A stretch of DNA of 42,399 nt from an uncultured Bacillales bacterium (lineage in GTDB: Bacteria; Bacillota_I; Bacilli_A; RFN20; CAG-826), in NCBI GenBank assembly GCA_946404585.1, contig CAMJEC010000001.1, positions 1 to 42,399 on the forward strand. Direction: 5' to 3'. Numbering within the stretch: the first letter of the stretch is position 1; every line of letters begins with the position of its first letter. Of this stretch, positions 27,142 to 38,000 are shown in pieces. The translations under genes and the position numbers were made by a program. A model generated the notes under the pieces. The model searched no databases. It saw only the letters and a list, made by a program, of their open reading frames with translations, and was not told the origin of the DNA.

Positions 27142-27170
27142 AACAATCAAAACGACCTTAATGACCGCTT

Positions 27171-29423
27171 CTAATTGATTTTTTCATCCGCGATACTATA
27201 TTCGCCTTTTTGAATCTTTTCTAATAGTTCATCATAGGAAAGAGGCTTACCATATAAATAGCCTTGTAAACGGCCACAGCTTACTTCTTCCAAGAACTTC
27301 GCTTGTTCATCGGTTTCAACGCCTTCACAAAGGGTCTTCATGCCAATTTGGTCCGCAAGAGAAATAACGGATTTAATTAAAGCTTTAGCTTTTTCGTTGC
27401 CATTAAAACCCACGAGGAAAGCCATATCAAGCTTTAAAACATCAAAGTCAAAGTCTTTTAAGACATTGAATGAAGAATAACCACTACCAAAGTCATCAAG
27501 CCATGTCGCAAATCCTTTAGCGTGTAATCTATTAATTGTGTTCTTTAATAAATCAACTTCGTTAGTTAAAGCACTTTCAGTGATTTCAACGTGTAATAAT
27601 TCATGTGGGACTTGATATTGTTCAACAATCTCATTAACGACTTCTACGATATCAATAATACCAAAGTCCGCTCTAGAGAAGTTAATAGAGACTGGAAGAA
27701 CTGGTAAACCCTTATCCATATTATGACGAATGTCAGCACAGACGATTCTTAATATTTCTTTATCTAATTTATAGACAAGTTGGTTGTTTTCTAATACTGG
27801 AATAAATTTACCAGGAGAGAGAAAACCATATTTAGGATCAATCCATCTCGCTAAAGCTTCAACACCACATAATGTTCTACCTTTAGACCAGACAACTGGT
27901 TGATAATAGGCTTTTAAGTAGCCATTTTTAATGGCTTCGTCAATATGAGTAACGATATATTGGTTCATCAAATAGTTATCATGCATCTTGTCATCGTAGA
28001 AGAGGATGATTTTTGTAGTAGACATACGCTTAAGTTCCGCATATGCGTAGCGGGCTTTTTCAACGGCATAGTGAGGATCTTCTCTTGGGTCATAGACTTC
28101 CGCTGCACCAACTTTAATACTAGGTTTAATTTCTGGATCTGTTTCTTCCACTCGTCTAGCCACTTCAAAAATCTTATCTTGGACTTTTAAGTTAATGGTA
28201 AAGACAACAAAGTGGTCGTCAGATTGACGGGTGATTAATGAATTCTCATTAAAGACATCGGAAATAATCTGACCAACTGTCTTTAAGAACTCATTACCTT
28301 TTTTAAAACCTTTTTGGTCGTTATAGACTTTGAAGTTTGTAATGTTAATAAATAGATAAACACTGTTACCACGTTCGATGTGATATTCAGCGATTTTTTG
28401 TCTAACTTGTAAGGTGAAATATTCAAAAGATAATAAGCCTGTGAGTTTATCTTTAGTGGCTAACTCTTCTAGCTCTTCATCTTTATTAGCCTCAGAAATA
28501 CGTTGGTTATAGATAGATATACACACCATCGCTAAAGAAATAACAAATGTAAGATAGTTGACTTCGTCACCTTCTGGGAATCTTCTTTGCCCGAAGTTAG
28601 CAGCGCCCTTAATGGCGAAATAGAAGCCCAAGAATAAGGTACCTAAGATACCAATGGAAATAATTGGGTTCCAGATTAATAAGCAGCCAATGTAAATTGT
28701 GAACATCAAGAAGCAAATAATTTCTTTATTTTCATACATGACATTGCCACTGCCATCTGGCATATAGACAACATTACCCGCGGCATCTTTAACCGCCTTA
28801 ACACTCACGAAGTCACCATAGGAGACCATCACGCCAAACATCAAACAGACAAAGGCGAATAAGGAAATGACCATGACGGAGCTTAATGAAGCACGTTTAC
28901 CACCCTTATATCGATAAATAGAGGCAAAAATCATGCCAATATCGAAGAGAATAACTGAAACATAGAAGAATATCTTAAAGATACCTTTAATCGTATTAAC
29001 ATCAGTGTTGAACTTAATTGATTTGTAGTAGAACTCTAATGGCATCAAAGCACAAATAGCAAGAGAAAAACCAGCGAAGACAAGTGTCCACACTAATCGT
29101 TTTAAGCTTCTTACTTTGCTAACGTACTGAACTGAATAGAAAAACATCGCAAAACCCATCGACATCAATAAGAAGAAGTTCGAAGTGTTTTGGAAAATAA
29201 CGCGGAAAGGCGAATAAGTATTCGCTGGATCCATTAATGTTGGAACGATGTATTTGTGGGTTTGTCTTAAAATAAGCCAAATTTCCAACACGAAAATAAC
29301 AACAGACATAAAGATCGCAGATCTCATGTTTGCTTCATTTAAATAGTTCTTAACGTATTTTGATTTTTTGCGTAAACCAAAAATGTTTAAAAAACCATTC
29401 CAAATTTTAGATAGAGTTCCCAT
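27171..29423 (-). CDS. Membrane sensor with degenerate GGDEF and intact EAL domains (c-di-GMP phosphodiesterase-type)
   Basis: About 8 N-terminal TM helices. The GGDEF-fold region has DKLTGL, but FINITNF replaces the D-x-D metal site and SDDHF replaces GGDEF. EAL motifs are intact: EALARW, EITES, DDFGSGYSS, LKLD, EGVETDEQ, QGY. Confidence 0.9.
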   Translation of the reverse strand: MGTLSKIWNGFLNIFGLRKKSKYVKNYLNEANMRSAIFMSVVIFVLEIWLILRQTHKYIVPTLMDPANTYSPFRVIFQNTSNFFLLMSMGFAMFFYSVQYVSKVRSLKRLVWTLVFAGFSLAICALMPLEFYYKSIKFNTDVNTIKGIFKIFFYVSVILFDIGMIFASIYRYKGGKRASLSSVMVISLFAFVCLMFGVMVSYGDFVSVKAVKDAAGNVVYMPDGSGNVMYENKEIICFLMFTIYIGCLLIWNPIISIGILGTLFLGFYFAIKGAANFGQRRFPEGDEVNYLTFVISLAMVCISIYNQRISEANKDEELEELATKDKLTGLLSFEYFTLQVRQKIAEYHIERGNSVYLFINITNFKVYNDQKGFKKGNEFLKTVGQIISDVFNENSLITRQSDDHFVVFTINLKVQDKIFEVARRVEETDPEIKPSIKVGAAEVYDPREDPHYAVEKARYAYAELKRMSTTKIILFYDDKMHDNYLMNQYIVTHIDEAIKNGYLKAYYQPVVWSKGRTLCGVEALARWIDPKYGFLSPGKFIPVLENNQLVYKLDKEILRIVCADIRHNMDKGLPVLPVSINFSRADFGIIDIVEVVNEIVEQYQVPHELLHVEITESALTNEVDLLKNTINRLHAKGFATWLDDFGSGYSSFNVLKDFDFDVLKLDMAFLVGFNGNEKAKALIKSVISLADQIGMKTLCEGVETDEQAKFLEEVSCGRLQGYLYGKPLSYDELLEKIQKGEYSIADEKIN

Positions 29424-29540
29424 TTGTACTTTTAGTATAACGCGATTTTTAAGCGTGTATATGTGTACGCAGAAGAAAACTCAAAAAAGAATTGATGACA
29501 ATTGAAAAATATTTTTTAAAAAATTCTTGACTGGTATGTA

Positions 29541-29568
29541 ACAAAAAACGGGATTTTGTAACCCCGTT
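29541..29568 (-). terminator. Intrinsic terminator after the lipoprotein pair
   Basis: Minus strand reads AACGGGgttacaaaatCCCGTTttttg. Confidence 0.6.
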
Positions 29569-29574
29569 ATTGTT

Positions 29575-30771
29575 TTAGTCAGTTGGTCTAATGAATCTTA
29601 AATGCAAGATACCATTAGGGAATAATGATTGCTCGAACGTATCTAGTTGAATCTTTGGAACAAAATATAATTCAACGAATAACGTTTCTGAACCCACTAC
29701 TTTTTCATAGTAATATCTCACGTAGCCTAATTTCTTTAAATCATCTTTTTCAGTTGTGATATTAGATAATGTAAAGCCAAGAGATTCTAAATATGAACGA
29801 TAGTTACTAACTTGATCTCCTGCGAGGAAGTCTTCATAGAAGATTTGTTGAACTATTTTGTCATTGTTATAGGTCACATAACTATCGTGAGCATAACTTG
29901 TGCCTGCAGGCGCATTGATGTCCATGGCAAACATGCTATTTAAAGCAGTTTTAACTTCACTAGGGAATTCATTAGTGATTTCTAATCTAGGAGCATTCGC
30001 TAAATAATTAGTCACACTTTCATGTGTTGTTGTTCCTAAATCCTTAACTGTGAAGCTCATTTGGAATGTTCCAAAATCATTAGAAATAGCAGTTGTTTCA
30101 TATTTAGCGGACTTTCCATCACTAGCAAGAGTTAATTTGCTTGTGAATGTATCACTGCCTTCCGCTAAACTGCCTTGTCCATCTAATTCAGCGATAAGGA
30201 CACTGATTTCTTTTTCAGTGGATGTATAGATGAAGTCATCAGTGGTCTTCTTCCATTTAGATTTAAAGTCTTTCAAGTCATATGTTGTATAGAAGAATTC
30301 ACACATATCAATGTCGTTACTGACTGTCTTACATCTATCTATTTCAATACCATCCTCAATGAAATTGAAATGATATAGGCCTTGGTCAAGATATTTGCAA
30401 TATCCATCATCACCTTGTTCTGCGAATTTTCCAAAGTAATGATTGGTTAGAATATTACCTTCAATGAACTTTTGTTCGATGTAATTTTCATCAATCAAGG
30501 TGGAATTCTTTAAGCCTAGTTTTTCATGAAATGAATCAAATAACTCACTAGGCGTAGGTGGTACTTCTATGGAACTGCTAGAAGATGAGCTAGAAATACT
30601 GCTACTAGAACTGGACGTTTTACTTAATGTGCTGTCACTAGAGGATGTGCTATTCATACTGGAAGTAGATTCAATAGATGAAGATGAGTCACTATTACCA
30701 CTGCTGCTCAAAATTGAATTTGAGCAAGCAGTAAGCACTAATAATGAAATTAATGGTAATAGTTTCTTCAT
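29575..30771 (-). CDS. Lipoprotein (398 aa) with Ser-rich linker
   Basis: Lipobox LVLTAC-S followed by a ~50-aa Ser-rich tract. The ATG lies 1 nt after the upstream stop. Confidence 0.85.
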   Translation of the reverse strand: MKKLLPLISLLVLTACSNSILSSSGNSDSSSSIESTSSMNSTSSSDSTLSKTSSSSSSISSSSSSSSIEVPPTPSELFDSFHEKLGLKNSTLIDENYIEQKFIEGNILTNHYFGKFAEQGDDGYCKYLDQGLYHFNFIEDGIEIDRCKTVSNDIDMCEFFYTTYDLKDFKSKWKKTTDDFIYTSTEKEISVLIAELDGQGSLAEGSDTFTSKLTLASDGKSAKYETTAISNDFGTFQMSFTVKDLGTTTHESVTNYLANAPRLEITNEFPSEVKTALNSMFAMDINAPAGTSYAHDSYVTYNNDKIVQQIFYEDFLAGDQVSNYRSYLESLGFTLSNITTEKDDLKKLGYVRYYYEKVVGSETLFVELYFVPKIQLDTFEQSLFPNGILHLRFIRPTD

Positions 30772-30772
30772 A

Positions 30773-33343
30773 TTAAGCGTTCTTATAAATGATGCTTACT
30801 TGTGAGGCTAAAGTGCCAACAGTTAATATTTTGTTACCAACAGTGAGTTTTGCACTGATGTTAGATGCTTTGGTAAAGCCAGCATCAACGCATGCTTGTG
30901 TTAAAGCACTACGATATGCATCTGAAAGTGTTTTATTATCTGTTAATTTGATTCTTAATGTTGTGCTAGAACTGAGTGTACCACCATCGAAGAAACCACT
31001 AACAGTTTCATCGTAGATGTAAGGAATAATAGCGGCTAATTCTTCGCCTAATAAGGTAACCATTTTTTCATAAGCTGCAGGTGATTCTTCTGCCCATGAT
31101 GTTGGATGTGGAGCATCTTTAATTGTGGCTAATTTAGCAACTAAATCTTTTTCAAAATTAGATGTTAAACCAGTTGTGCCATACATAAAGAGTTGAGCAT
31201 ATTGAGCAGTTGTAGAACCATCAGCATATTTGAAGTTGATGGAACTGATGTGATCACCATAAATGGTGAATTTGATTGTGCCATCCATAGCGCTATCTTT
31301 CCAATAGAAGTCATTGAATAAGCCTTTACCACCATTTAAGACACCATCTTTAAAGATGATGTTGCCATCTTCATCGAACTTCATTGTTTCAGGAGCAATG
31401 TTAAGGCCTAATAATGAGGCTAAGGTTTGACCTTCCGCCATTTCAACATCTTTAACGAATTTAGCGGTAGCGGTATCGTCAGATGCATCATCTGTTGTTG
31501 CTTGACCATTATTAGTGGCGGAGAACTCAATCACACCATCATCTAAGACATGATAGCCCTTATAGGTTGTTTCTTTATTTTTGTAATTCTTAATTAAGAT
31601 AGTTTTTTCTGTGACTTTGATTGTAATTAAGTCACTTGGTGAAGAGTGATCGCCAATCATTAAGGTATAGTTAGCACCACTTTCAGTTAATTCATCCATA
31701 TACGCTTTAACTCTTGTTGTATCAGCATCCGCTTCAAATGGGGCTGGAGCCACAATTGTTTCATATGGTAAGACTTCAATTTCAAAGACGTATTTACCAT
31801 ATTTATAAACTGGGGCATCATCTGTACCGATGTTATAGAGCTGGTTAGCTGTTTCGCAGGTGAAGGAAGCAATTTTACCGTTTTCTTCTTTAGCGGTGAT
31901 ATAAGCAAGGGTATTATCACCAATGTTAGCCCACGCTAAATATTTAGCAACAGCATTGGAGTTATAACCCATATAAGAATATGTGTGTGCAGTTGTTTGT
32001 CTGAAATCACTTAATGTTAAAGTGGCAAATGGGAAGGTGAATGAATCCCATTCTCCATAATTTGTTTTAACAAGTTTGTTGTCTGGACCAATGCCAACAT
32101 AGTTAGCGTTGCCACTTTCATCCTTTTCATAGAAGTTATGGATGGTTGTGCCTCTCACTACTTTATCTTCGATTAAGTATTTTTCATCGAAGTGGTATTC
32201 ACTTGTGCCTAAAACAGTAACTGTTTCACCAACGAATTGTTTAATTGTGGCTTTGAGGTGTGCTTTAGTAAGCATGAAGGAAGAAGCAACTTCTTCACTC
32301 ATACCTGTTTCACTGACAGTGACATTTTTAATAGCTTCATCCACGACTGGGGCCACTGTTTTACCAATGTCAGAGAATTTGATATAACCAAAAGCATTAG
32401 TGCTTTCTTCATCAATTTTGTTTGTTTCTGGATTGATGTAAATGACTCTAGCATTTAAATCAAAGTTCTTATCGAAACTGAATTCGATTTTATCAGCATA
32501 TAAGACATATTCAGAACCAACAATCGCGGACATAGCAACGATTGTGTTGTTATCTGTGGTATAGAAAACACCGTTATTTTCTTCAAATGTTAATGCATCA
32601 ACATCAACATAGTGTAAGCCATCTGTATCATATAAGTCAGTGGCGATGACACCTTCACCATTGCTATTTTGATAAACGATATCGTTACCGATGATGAGTT
32701 CGTTATTCACTAATTTGATATAGTGAGCAACTTTATCGAACTCAGTATTTGGAATGATGTTAGTAAATAAGGCTTGTCCTTCATTACTTTGGGCATCAAA
32801 GAAATAGTTTTCCGTTCTATAGATTTTGTTAACACCTAATAAGTTATTAGCGGTTACAGTGAAGTTTTGGCCTTCTTTCATTGTTTTTAAGATAGCCTTA
32901 ACTTTGTTAGCGGTCTTTGCAAATGTCACAGTGAAGGTAATTGTACCATCGTTATAATCGCCATCTTTATGGGCGGTCACAACAAATGTGCCCTCCTTAG
33001 TGGCACTGAAAACACCAGCGTTAACGGAAGCGCCTTCTACTGTTGAGTAAGTCACGCCTTCGACGTTAGAGGTAATTGTCACACTCTCATTGACATCTAG
33101 ATTTGTTTTTTCAGCGGTTAAAACGATGTCGGTTTTTGTCACTACTGAGCTAGATTCACTTGAACTAGAAATTGAGCTAGAGCTTGGTAAGCTAGTTTCA
33201 CTTGAACTAGTGGATGATGTAAGGGATGTGTCACTATTACTTGATGGTGTCACACTACTTGTTGAATTTTGACCAAAGTCACAACCTGCAAGAGTGCCCA
33301 CCAATGCTAAGCTTAGTAACACGGTTTTGATAGATTTTTTCAT
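30773..33343 (-). CDS. Large lipoprotein (856 aa) with Ser-rich linker and Ig-like (Big_2-type) domain
   Basis: MKKSIKTVLLSLALVGTLAGC-D lipobox, with the start at 33343 after GGAAACGGAG. The segment VLTAEKTNLDVNESVTITSNVEGVTYS...GTFVVTAHKDGD resembles bacterial Ig-like domains. Confidence 0.85.
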   Translation of the reverse strand: MKKSIKTVLLSLALVGTLAGCDFGQNSTSSVTPSSNSDTSLTSSTSSSETSLPSSSSISSSSESSSVVTKTDIVLTAEKTNLDVNESVTITSNVEGVTYSTVEGASVNAGVFSATKEGTFVVTAHKDGDYNDGTITFTVTFAKTANKVKAILKTMKEGQNFTVTANNLLGVNKIYRTENYFFDAQSNEGQALFTNIIPNTEFDKVAHYIKLVNNELIIGNDIVYQNSNGEGVIATDLYDTDGLHYVDVDALTFEENNGVFYTTDNNTIVAMSAIVGSEYVLYADKIEFSFDKNFDLNARVIYINPETNKIDEESTNAFGYIKFSDIGKTVAPVVDEAIKNVTVSETGMSEEVASSFMLTKAHLKATIKQFVGETVTVLGTSEYHFDEKYLIEDKVVRGTTIHNFYEKDESGNANYVGIGPDNKLVKTNYGEWDSFTFPFATLTLSDFRQTTAHTYSYMGYNSNAVAKYLAWANIGDNTLAYITAKEENGKIASFTCETANQLYNIGTDDAPVYKYGKYVFEIEVLPYETIVAPAPFEADADTTRVKAYMDELTESGANYTLMIGDHSSPSDLITIKVTEKTILIKNYKNKETTYKGYHVLDDGVIEFSATNNGQATTDDASDDTATAKFVKDVEMAEGQTLASLLGLNIAPETMKFDEDGNIIFKDGVLNGGKGLFNDFYWKDSAMDGTIKFTIYGDHISSINFKYADGSTTAQYAQLFMYGTTGLTSNFEKDLVAKLATIKDAPHPTSWAEESPAAYEKMVTLLGEELAAIIPYIYDETVSGFFDGGTLSSSTTLRIKLTDNKTLSDAYRSALTQACVDAGFTKASNISAKLTVGNKILTVGTLASQVSIIYKNA

Positions 33344-33406
33344 ACTCCGTTTCCTTTCTTCAACAGTTAAAAGACTACACGTATGCGCGCAGCAAAGCAA
33401 AAGATA

Positions 33407-33434
33407 TTTATAAAATTTTCATTTTATAAGACAA
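33407..33434 (-). promoter_or_regulatory. Candidate promoter of the lipoprotein pair
   Basis: Minus strand reads TTGTCT, a 16-nt spacer, then TATAAA, immediately after the upstream terminator. Confidence 0.4.
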
Positions 33435-33440
33435 AATCGC

Positions 33441-33475
33441 AAAAAAAGCAGTCTTGTTTTGGTAACAAAGACTGC
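33441..33475 (-). terminator. Intrinsic terminator after the 108-aa membrane protein gene
   Basis: Minus strand reads GCAGTCTTtgttaccaaaacAAGACTGCttttttt. Confidence 0.75.
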
Positions 33476-33502
33476 CTTATGCATATTTTTCAATAGATTG
33501 TT

Positions 33503-33829
33503 TTAAAAATGAAATACGAATTGAATAAAGTTAACAAATACGATGATCGCACTAACGACAATGGCAATAATTGAAAGAACTCTAGCGACAATACGATAGG
33601 CTTTAAATTTAGTACCAACATCCTCTAATGAAGAGACTCTAATCATGCATGAAGCAATGATGCCTAAGATTAATGGAGCGGGATAATATGTTAAGAGTAA
33701 TAAACCTCTTGTTGGTGTTCCGCCTGGAATAGAGATATATCCTGGAACAATAATGAATAAGAGTAAAATGCCTTGAGCGACAATAGACAATATAAAGGCT
33801 GCTTGAATATTATTTTCTTTTTGATTCAT
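33503..33829 (-). CDS. Small membrane protein (108 aa, ~3 TM)
   Basis: Three hydrophobic helices. No family recognised. Confidence 0.65.
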   Translation of the reverse strand: MNQKENNIQAAFILSIVAQGILLLFIIVPGYISIPGGTPTRGLLLLTYYPAPLILGIIASCMIRVSSLEDVGTKFKAYRIVARVLSIIAIVVSAIIVFVNFIQFVFHF

Positions 33830-33933
33830 GGTTTGTAATTCCTTTCACTTATTAGACGTATTAATTAGCGATAACTGCTAAATAAAATTATAAGCGCACA
33901 TATATAATCCTATTTTAACAAGATTAGCGCAAC

Positions 33934-33966
33934 AAAAAGCGACACTTTTTGGTGTCGTTGGTTTTT
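33934..33966 (-). terminator. Intrinsic terminator (bidirectional shape)
   Basis: Plus strand reads aaaaaGCGACACtttttgGTGTCGttggttttt. Confidence 0.7.
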
Positions 33967-33974
33967 AAAAATTC

Positions 33975-34898
33975 TTATTGACCATTATATTTGACGATTG
34001 GATGGGTGAAACCACTAACCTTTTTAATGACAAACTGACTATTGCCATTCCAATACAATGTTGTGTCGTTAGCGACTTTAAAACTCTTTTGAGCATTAGA
34101 AGCACCTTCTGAATAAGTATTATTGTTCCATGAGTTTGTATAATCGTCCCATGTCTCATATGTGGTACAGACAGCATTTACGAAACCTGTTGAAGCATCA
34201 AATGTCCATGTGCCATGTTCAATCCATTCAACATAATAGGCATCACCATGTCTGATAAATCTATATTGAATATAGTCTTTATTTGGTTCGAATTGATAGC
34301 CATCAACACGATCGGTGCTAGTTTCTTCATAGCGGGTTGTAGAAGTAATGTTGAATGACGCTTTACCACCATTGTTGTTATTATTGCCACTACCATCATT
34401 GATTTCTGCATTGTTATTGGTGTTAACAAAATGAATGGTAACAGGAATAGCAATAGCGGCCACTAAAACAACAGCGATAATTGGAATAATAACCGCAAAG
34501 ACTGCTTTATTAGGCTTTTTCTTTTCTACTGATTGAACAGGAGCGGGTTCTTCTTCAAAGACTGGTTCTGGTTCAACGACTTCTGGAACAGGAGCGGATT
34601 CAGGAATTACTTCTTCCTTAACTGGCTCTAGTTCTTTAACTTTAACGGGTTCTTCAACCTTTGACTGTTCTTCCAAGTCGCCTTCTTCTTTAAGTCTAGC
34701 ATCGATGATCTTTTTAGCGTAAAACGCTAATGTCATACCACCAACGATAGCGAGTATAGCGATAATTAAAAAAGGAATAATACCGATACCTTCCATTATA
34801 AAAATAAGGCAGGGGATAAAAATGACTATACAAATAATCGCACCGACAAATAAGCCTTTTTCTTTCGGCGTTTTAGGCATGTAATTCTTCTTTTTCAT
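33975..34898 (-). CDS. Membrane protein with Pro/Glu-rich spacer and C-terminal extracytoplasmic domain (307 aa)
   Basis: The ATG at 34898 lies 6 nt after AGGTG (the listed ORF starts at a GTG at 34907). Two TM helices, an EEPVKVKELEPVKEEVIPESAPVPEVVEPEPVFEEEPAPV spacer, a third TM helix, then a ~150-aa W/Y/N/T-rich domain. Confidence 0.75.
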   Translation of the reverse strand: MKKKNYMPKTPKEKGLFVGAIICIVIFIPCLIFIMEGIGIIPFLIIAILAIVGGMTLAFYAKKIIDARLKEEGDLEEQSKVEEPVKVKELEPVKEEVIPESAPVPEVVEPEPVFEEEPAPVQSVEKKKPNKAVFAVIIPIIAVVLVAAIAIPVTIHFVNTNNNAEINDGSGNNNNNGGKASFNITSTTRYEETSTDRVDGYQFEPNKDYIQYRFIRHGDAYYVEWIEHGTWTFDASTGFVNAVCTTYETWDDYTNSWNNNTYSEGASNAQKSFKVANDTTLYWNGNSQFVIKKVSGFTHPIVKYNGQ

Positions 34899-34984
34899 AC
34901 TGGTCACCTTTATATAATCTACTTTTCATTATAAAAAGTAATATTACTTTAAGGGCTTATTTATTGAAACTTATGACAAATATT

Positions 34985-35011
34985 TGAAAAAGTACCGACT
35001 AGTGTCGATAC
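34985..35011 (-). terminator. Intrinsic terminator abutting the stop of the 1264-aa gene
   Basis: Minus strand reads GTATCGACactaGTCGGTACtttttc. The 8-bp stem includes one G-T pair. Confidence 0.7.
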
Positions 35012-38000
35012 TTATTTTTCTATTGGTTGAGCTTTTAAGATGTAAGCAACGTTATCCGCATCATCAGCAACGCAGAGGAACTCAACATTGATCTTAACTT
35101 TGTTATTGTCTTTATCATAGACTGTCACAATCTTATTAAATTCCTTATGCTTACCCGCAAGCTTAAGAGCTTCTTTATTAATTTCAGCCATCTCTTTTGG
35201 ATTGACGCAGCGCTTGATGAATGAGGAGTCATTAAGTTCTTTTTCAAGCTCTGACGGAGTGATACCTAATAAGTCGCTCACAGTATGTGAGATAACATTG
35301 AATCTAAACTTCTTGTTTATAACACTGACAAGAATCATGTTATCAGTGGAATATTCAGTGATTAAGTCTTTAACTTCCTTTAAGTTAGCAAGTTCGCTAT
35401 CATTATAGGCCGCACCATAGAACAACTCTCTGCCTTCTTTTTGACCTAGATAATAGAAATGAATTCTAAAGGACATGAGACCGCCATCACTACGATGGAA
35501 TCTAATTGTCGCAATAGAACCAGATAAACGGTTATCCATCGCCTCTTGTAAAGCGGCAAACATGATTGGGCGATCTTCTTCAGGGGCAAATAGTTCAATA
35601 TTTACTAATCTTTCCGCAAAGTCAGGAACATCAACCGCTTGATAGAATTGTTGGTTATATCTCACGATATCAACATGTTCCTTAACCCATGAATAGAAGG
35701 CTACCGCACCAATAATGTTATTTAACATTGAGTCAGAGTAGATATTCTTATCTAAGAATTCTCTAATACGTAATTGTTCATTAGGCTTAACGACAAAACC
35801 TCGTTCATCAATCATGTCTTTTTGTTTAACAACCTTTTCAAAGTCTTCGCGTGATAATGGTTTATAGAAGTAATAACCTTGGATATAACGACAACCAAGT
35901 TCCATAAGGAATTCACATTGTTTTTTAGTTTCTACACCTTCCACGATAATTGGCAAGGTCATAGTTTTGGCCATATTAACAACAGATTCAATAATACGGA
36001 TACCTCTTTCATAGTCAGCGCCTTCTAAGCGCAAGAATTCAGAGTCTAACTTAATAGCGTCTAACTTAATTGTGGAAAGCATATTTAAGGAAGAATAACC
36101 ACTACCGAAGTCATCCATTAAAACTTCGAAGCCGTCCTTACGTAAACGCGAAACGATATCTTCGATAATATTAACGGTTTCCGCGTAAGCGGATTCAGTG
36201 ATTTCCACTTTGATAAGGCGATGTGGGATTTCATATTTATCCGCTAAATCACGAATGTAAGTAGCAATATCAAAATTATAAATATCAATACGAGAAACAT
36301 TGATAGAAACTGGCACAGCAATATGTCCTGAATCTAACCAATGCTTTAAGCTCTTGCAAACTTTCTCCCAAATGTATTGGTCTAAGTCAGTAATGAAGTT
36401 ATATTTCTCTAAGACTGGAATAAAGACTGCAGGTGGGATTTGTGTACCGTCTTTTTTAATCCATCTTGCTAAAGCTTCCGCACCAACGATTTTACCTGTT
36501 TTAGCGCGGCACTGTGGTTGTAAATAGAAGGTGATTTCATCATTTTGTAAAGCGCTCATGAAATCAGAAAGAATGCGATATTCGTGTTCCGCGAGGAACT
36601 GCATATCAGAATTATAATAAATAATTCTATTTCTAATATCGCCTTTGGCTTTAGAAGCCGCAATGCTCGCTCTATCAATAGCGTCCACGAGAATCATATC
36701 TTTTTCTAATAAAGCCACACCGATAGCCGGTAAGAAACCAGCGGTGAGACCAAAAGAGGCGATATGGTGATGAATATTCTCATATAAAGCTTTAATTTTA
36801 TCTTTATCAAATTCCGCTAAAATAACGAAGTCATCTTGACCGAAATAACCAGCCGCACCATTGTGCACTAATTCACTTTCAGATAACTCAGCACCAATCT
36901 TGGCTAATAAGTAATCACCTTGTTCACGACCATACCATTCATCAAAGAATTTGAAGTGTTCAATATCAAGGAAGAGCACACACCATTGCTTCTTTTGATT
37001 ATCTTTAACGATTTGCTCTGCTTTGACAAAGAAGTCTTTACTATTTAATAGACCTGTTGTTTTATCACGAACATGAGAGATGACATTAGAATCATCACTA
37101 GCGATGCCCATTCTTCTAATCATCATGTTATGAATATCGAAGATATATATTCTAAACATGCCAGGAGGAATACCATTTTCTTCTCCAGCAATAACGCATT
37201 GTTCGACATATCGATATGCACCATCTTGCAATTTATATCTAAAATGTGCAAAGTCGAAGTTTGGTATTTTAGCATTCGCTAAACGTTCGAAAAATCCATC
37301 GATTTTCATTAACGCTAAATAATCACCAGCATCATCAGGATGGACGATATGTTTCGCGGTGAATTCTAATAGTTCTTTATAAGAAATATCAACGTTAGGA
37401 ACGAAGTATTTACCTTCGACATGATAGAAGATTTTATAAGTGTCATTAACGACGTCTATTTCTACGATTTCATCACAAGGTGAACTATTTAAAAAGTTAA
37501 TTAAAGAGAGTTTACCATGACGATAGAATATCTCATAGTATTCTTGACGAGACACGGAATCAGAAACCGCACTATCTTTTTGGTCTTCGTTTTCTTGAGC
37601 GGCCATTTCTTTAAGCACTTTCTTTCTCGCGTACATACGCTCATCCGCTCGAGTGAAGATGGATCTTAAAGAATTATCTTTTTCTGGCACATAGTCGGCA
37701 AAACCAACAGCAATAATTGGTTCATTTTTACCGATATTTGATTCCACAATTTTGTTGAATTGTTCTAATAAGTAATATCTATTGTTGAAATCAGGGCCAT
37801 CTACGAAGGTAGCGAATTCATCACCACCGATACGATAAATGATTTGATTCTTGAATACTTGTTTAATGATTTTAACCGATTTTATGATGTATTCATCACC
37901 TTGTTCATGACCAAAAGTATCATTAATTAGCTTTAAATCGTTTAAGTCAAAGATGAATAAGCATAAATTACCACTGCTCTTATCATGGAGTGATGCATCA

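Noticed and set aside
27057-27170. Purine/guanine riboswitch expected upstream of a deaminase-permease salvage unit.
   Set aside because: The leader is only ~50 nt after the TATAAT box. It is very AT-rich and lacks the conserved purine-aptamer junction sequences. Only a simple palindrome is present.
30567-30714. Ser-rich coding tracts (also 33133-33283) considered as phase-variable simple-sequence repeats.
   Set aside because: The Ser codons are mixed (TCN and AGY), with no homopolymer or exact short tandem repeat long enough for slipped-strand mispairing.
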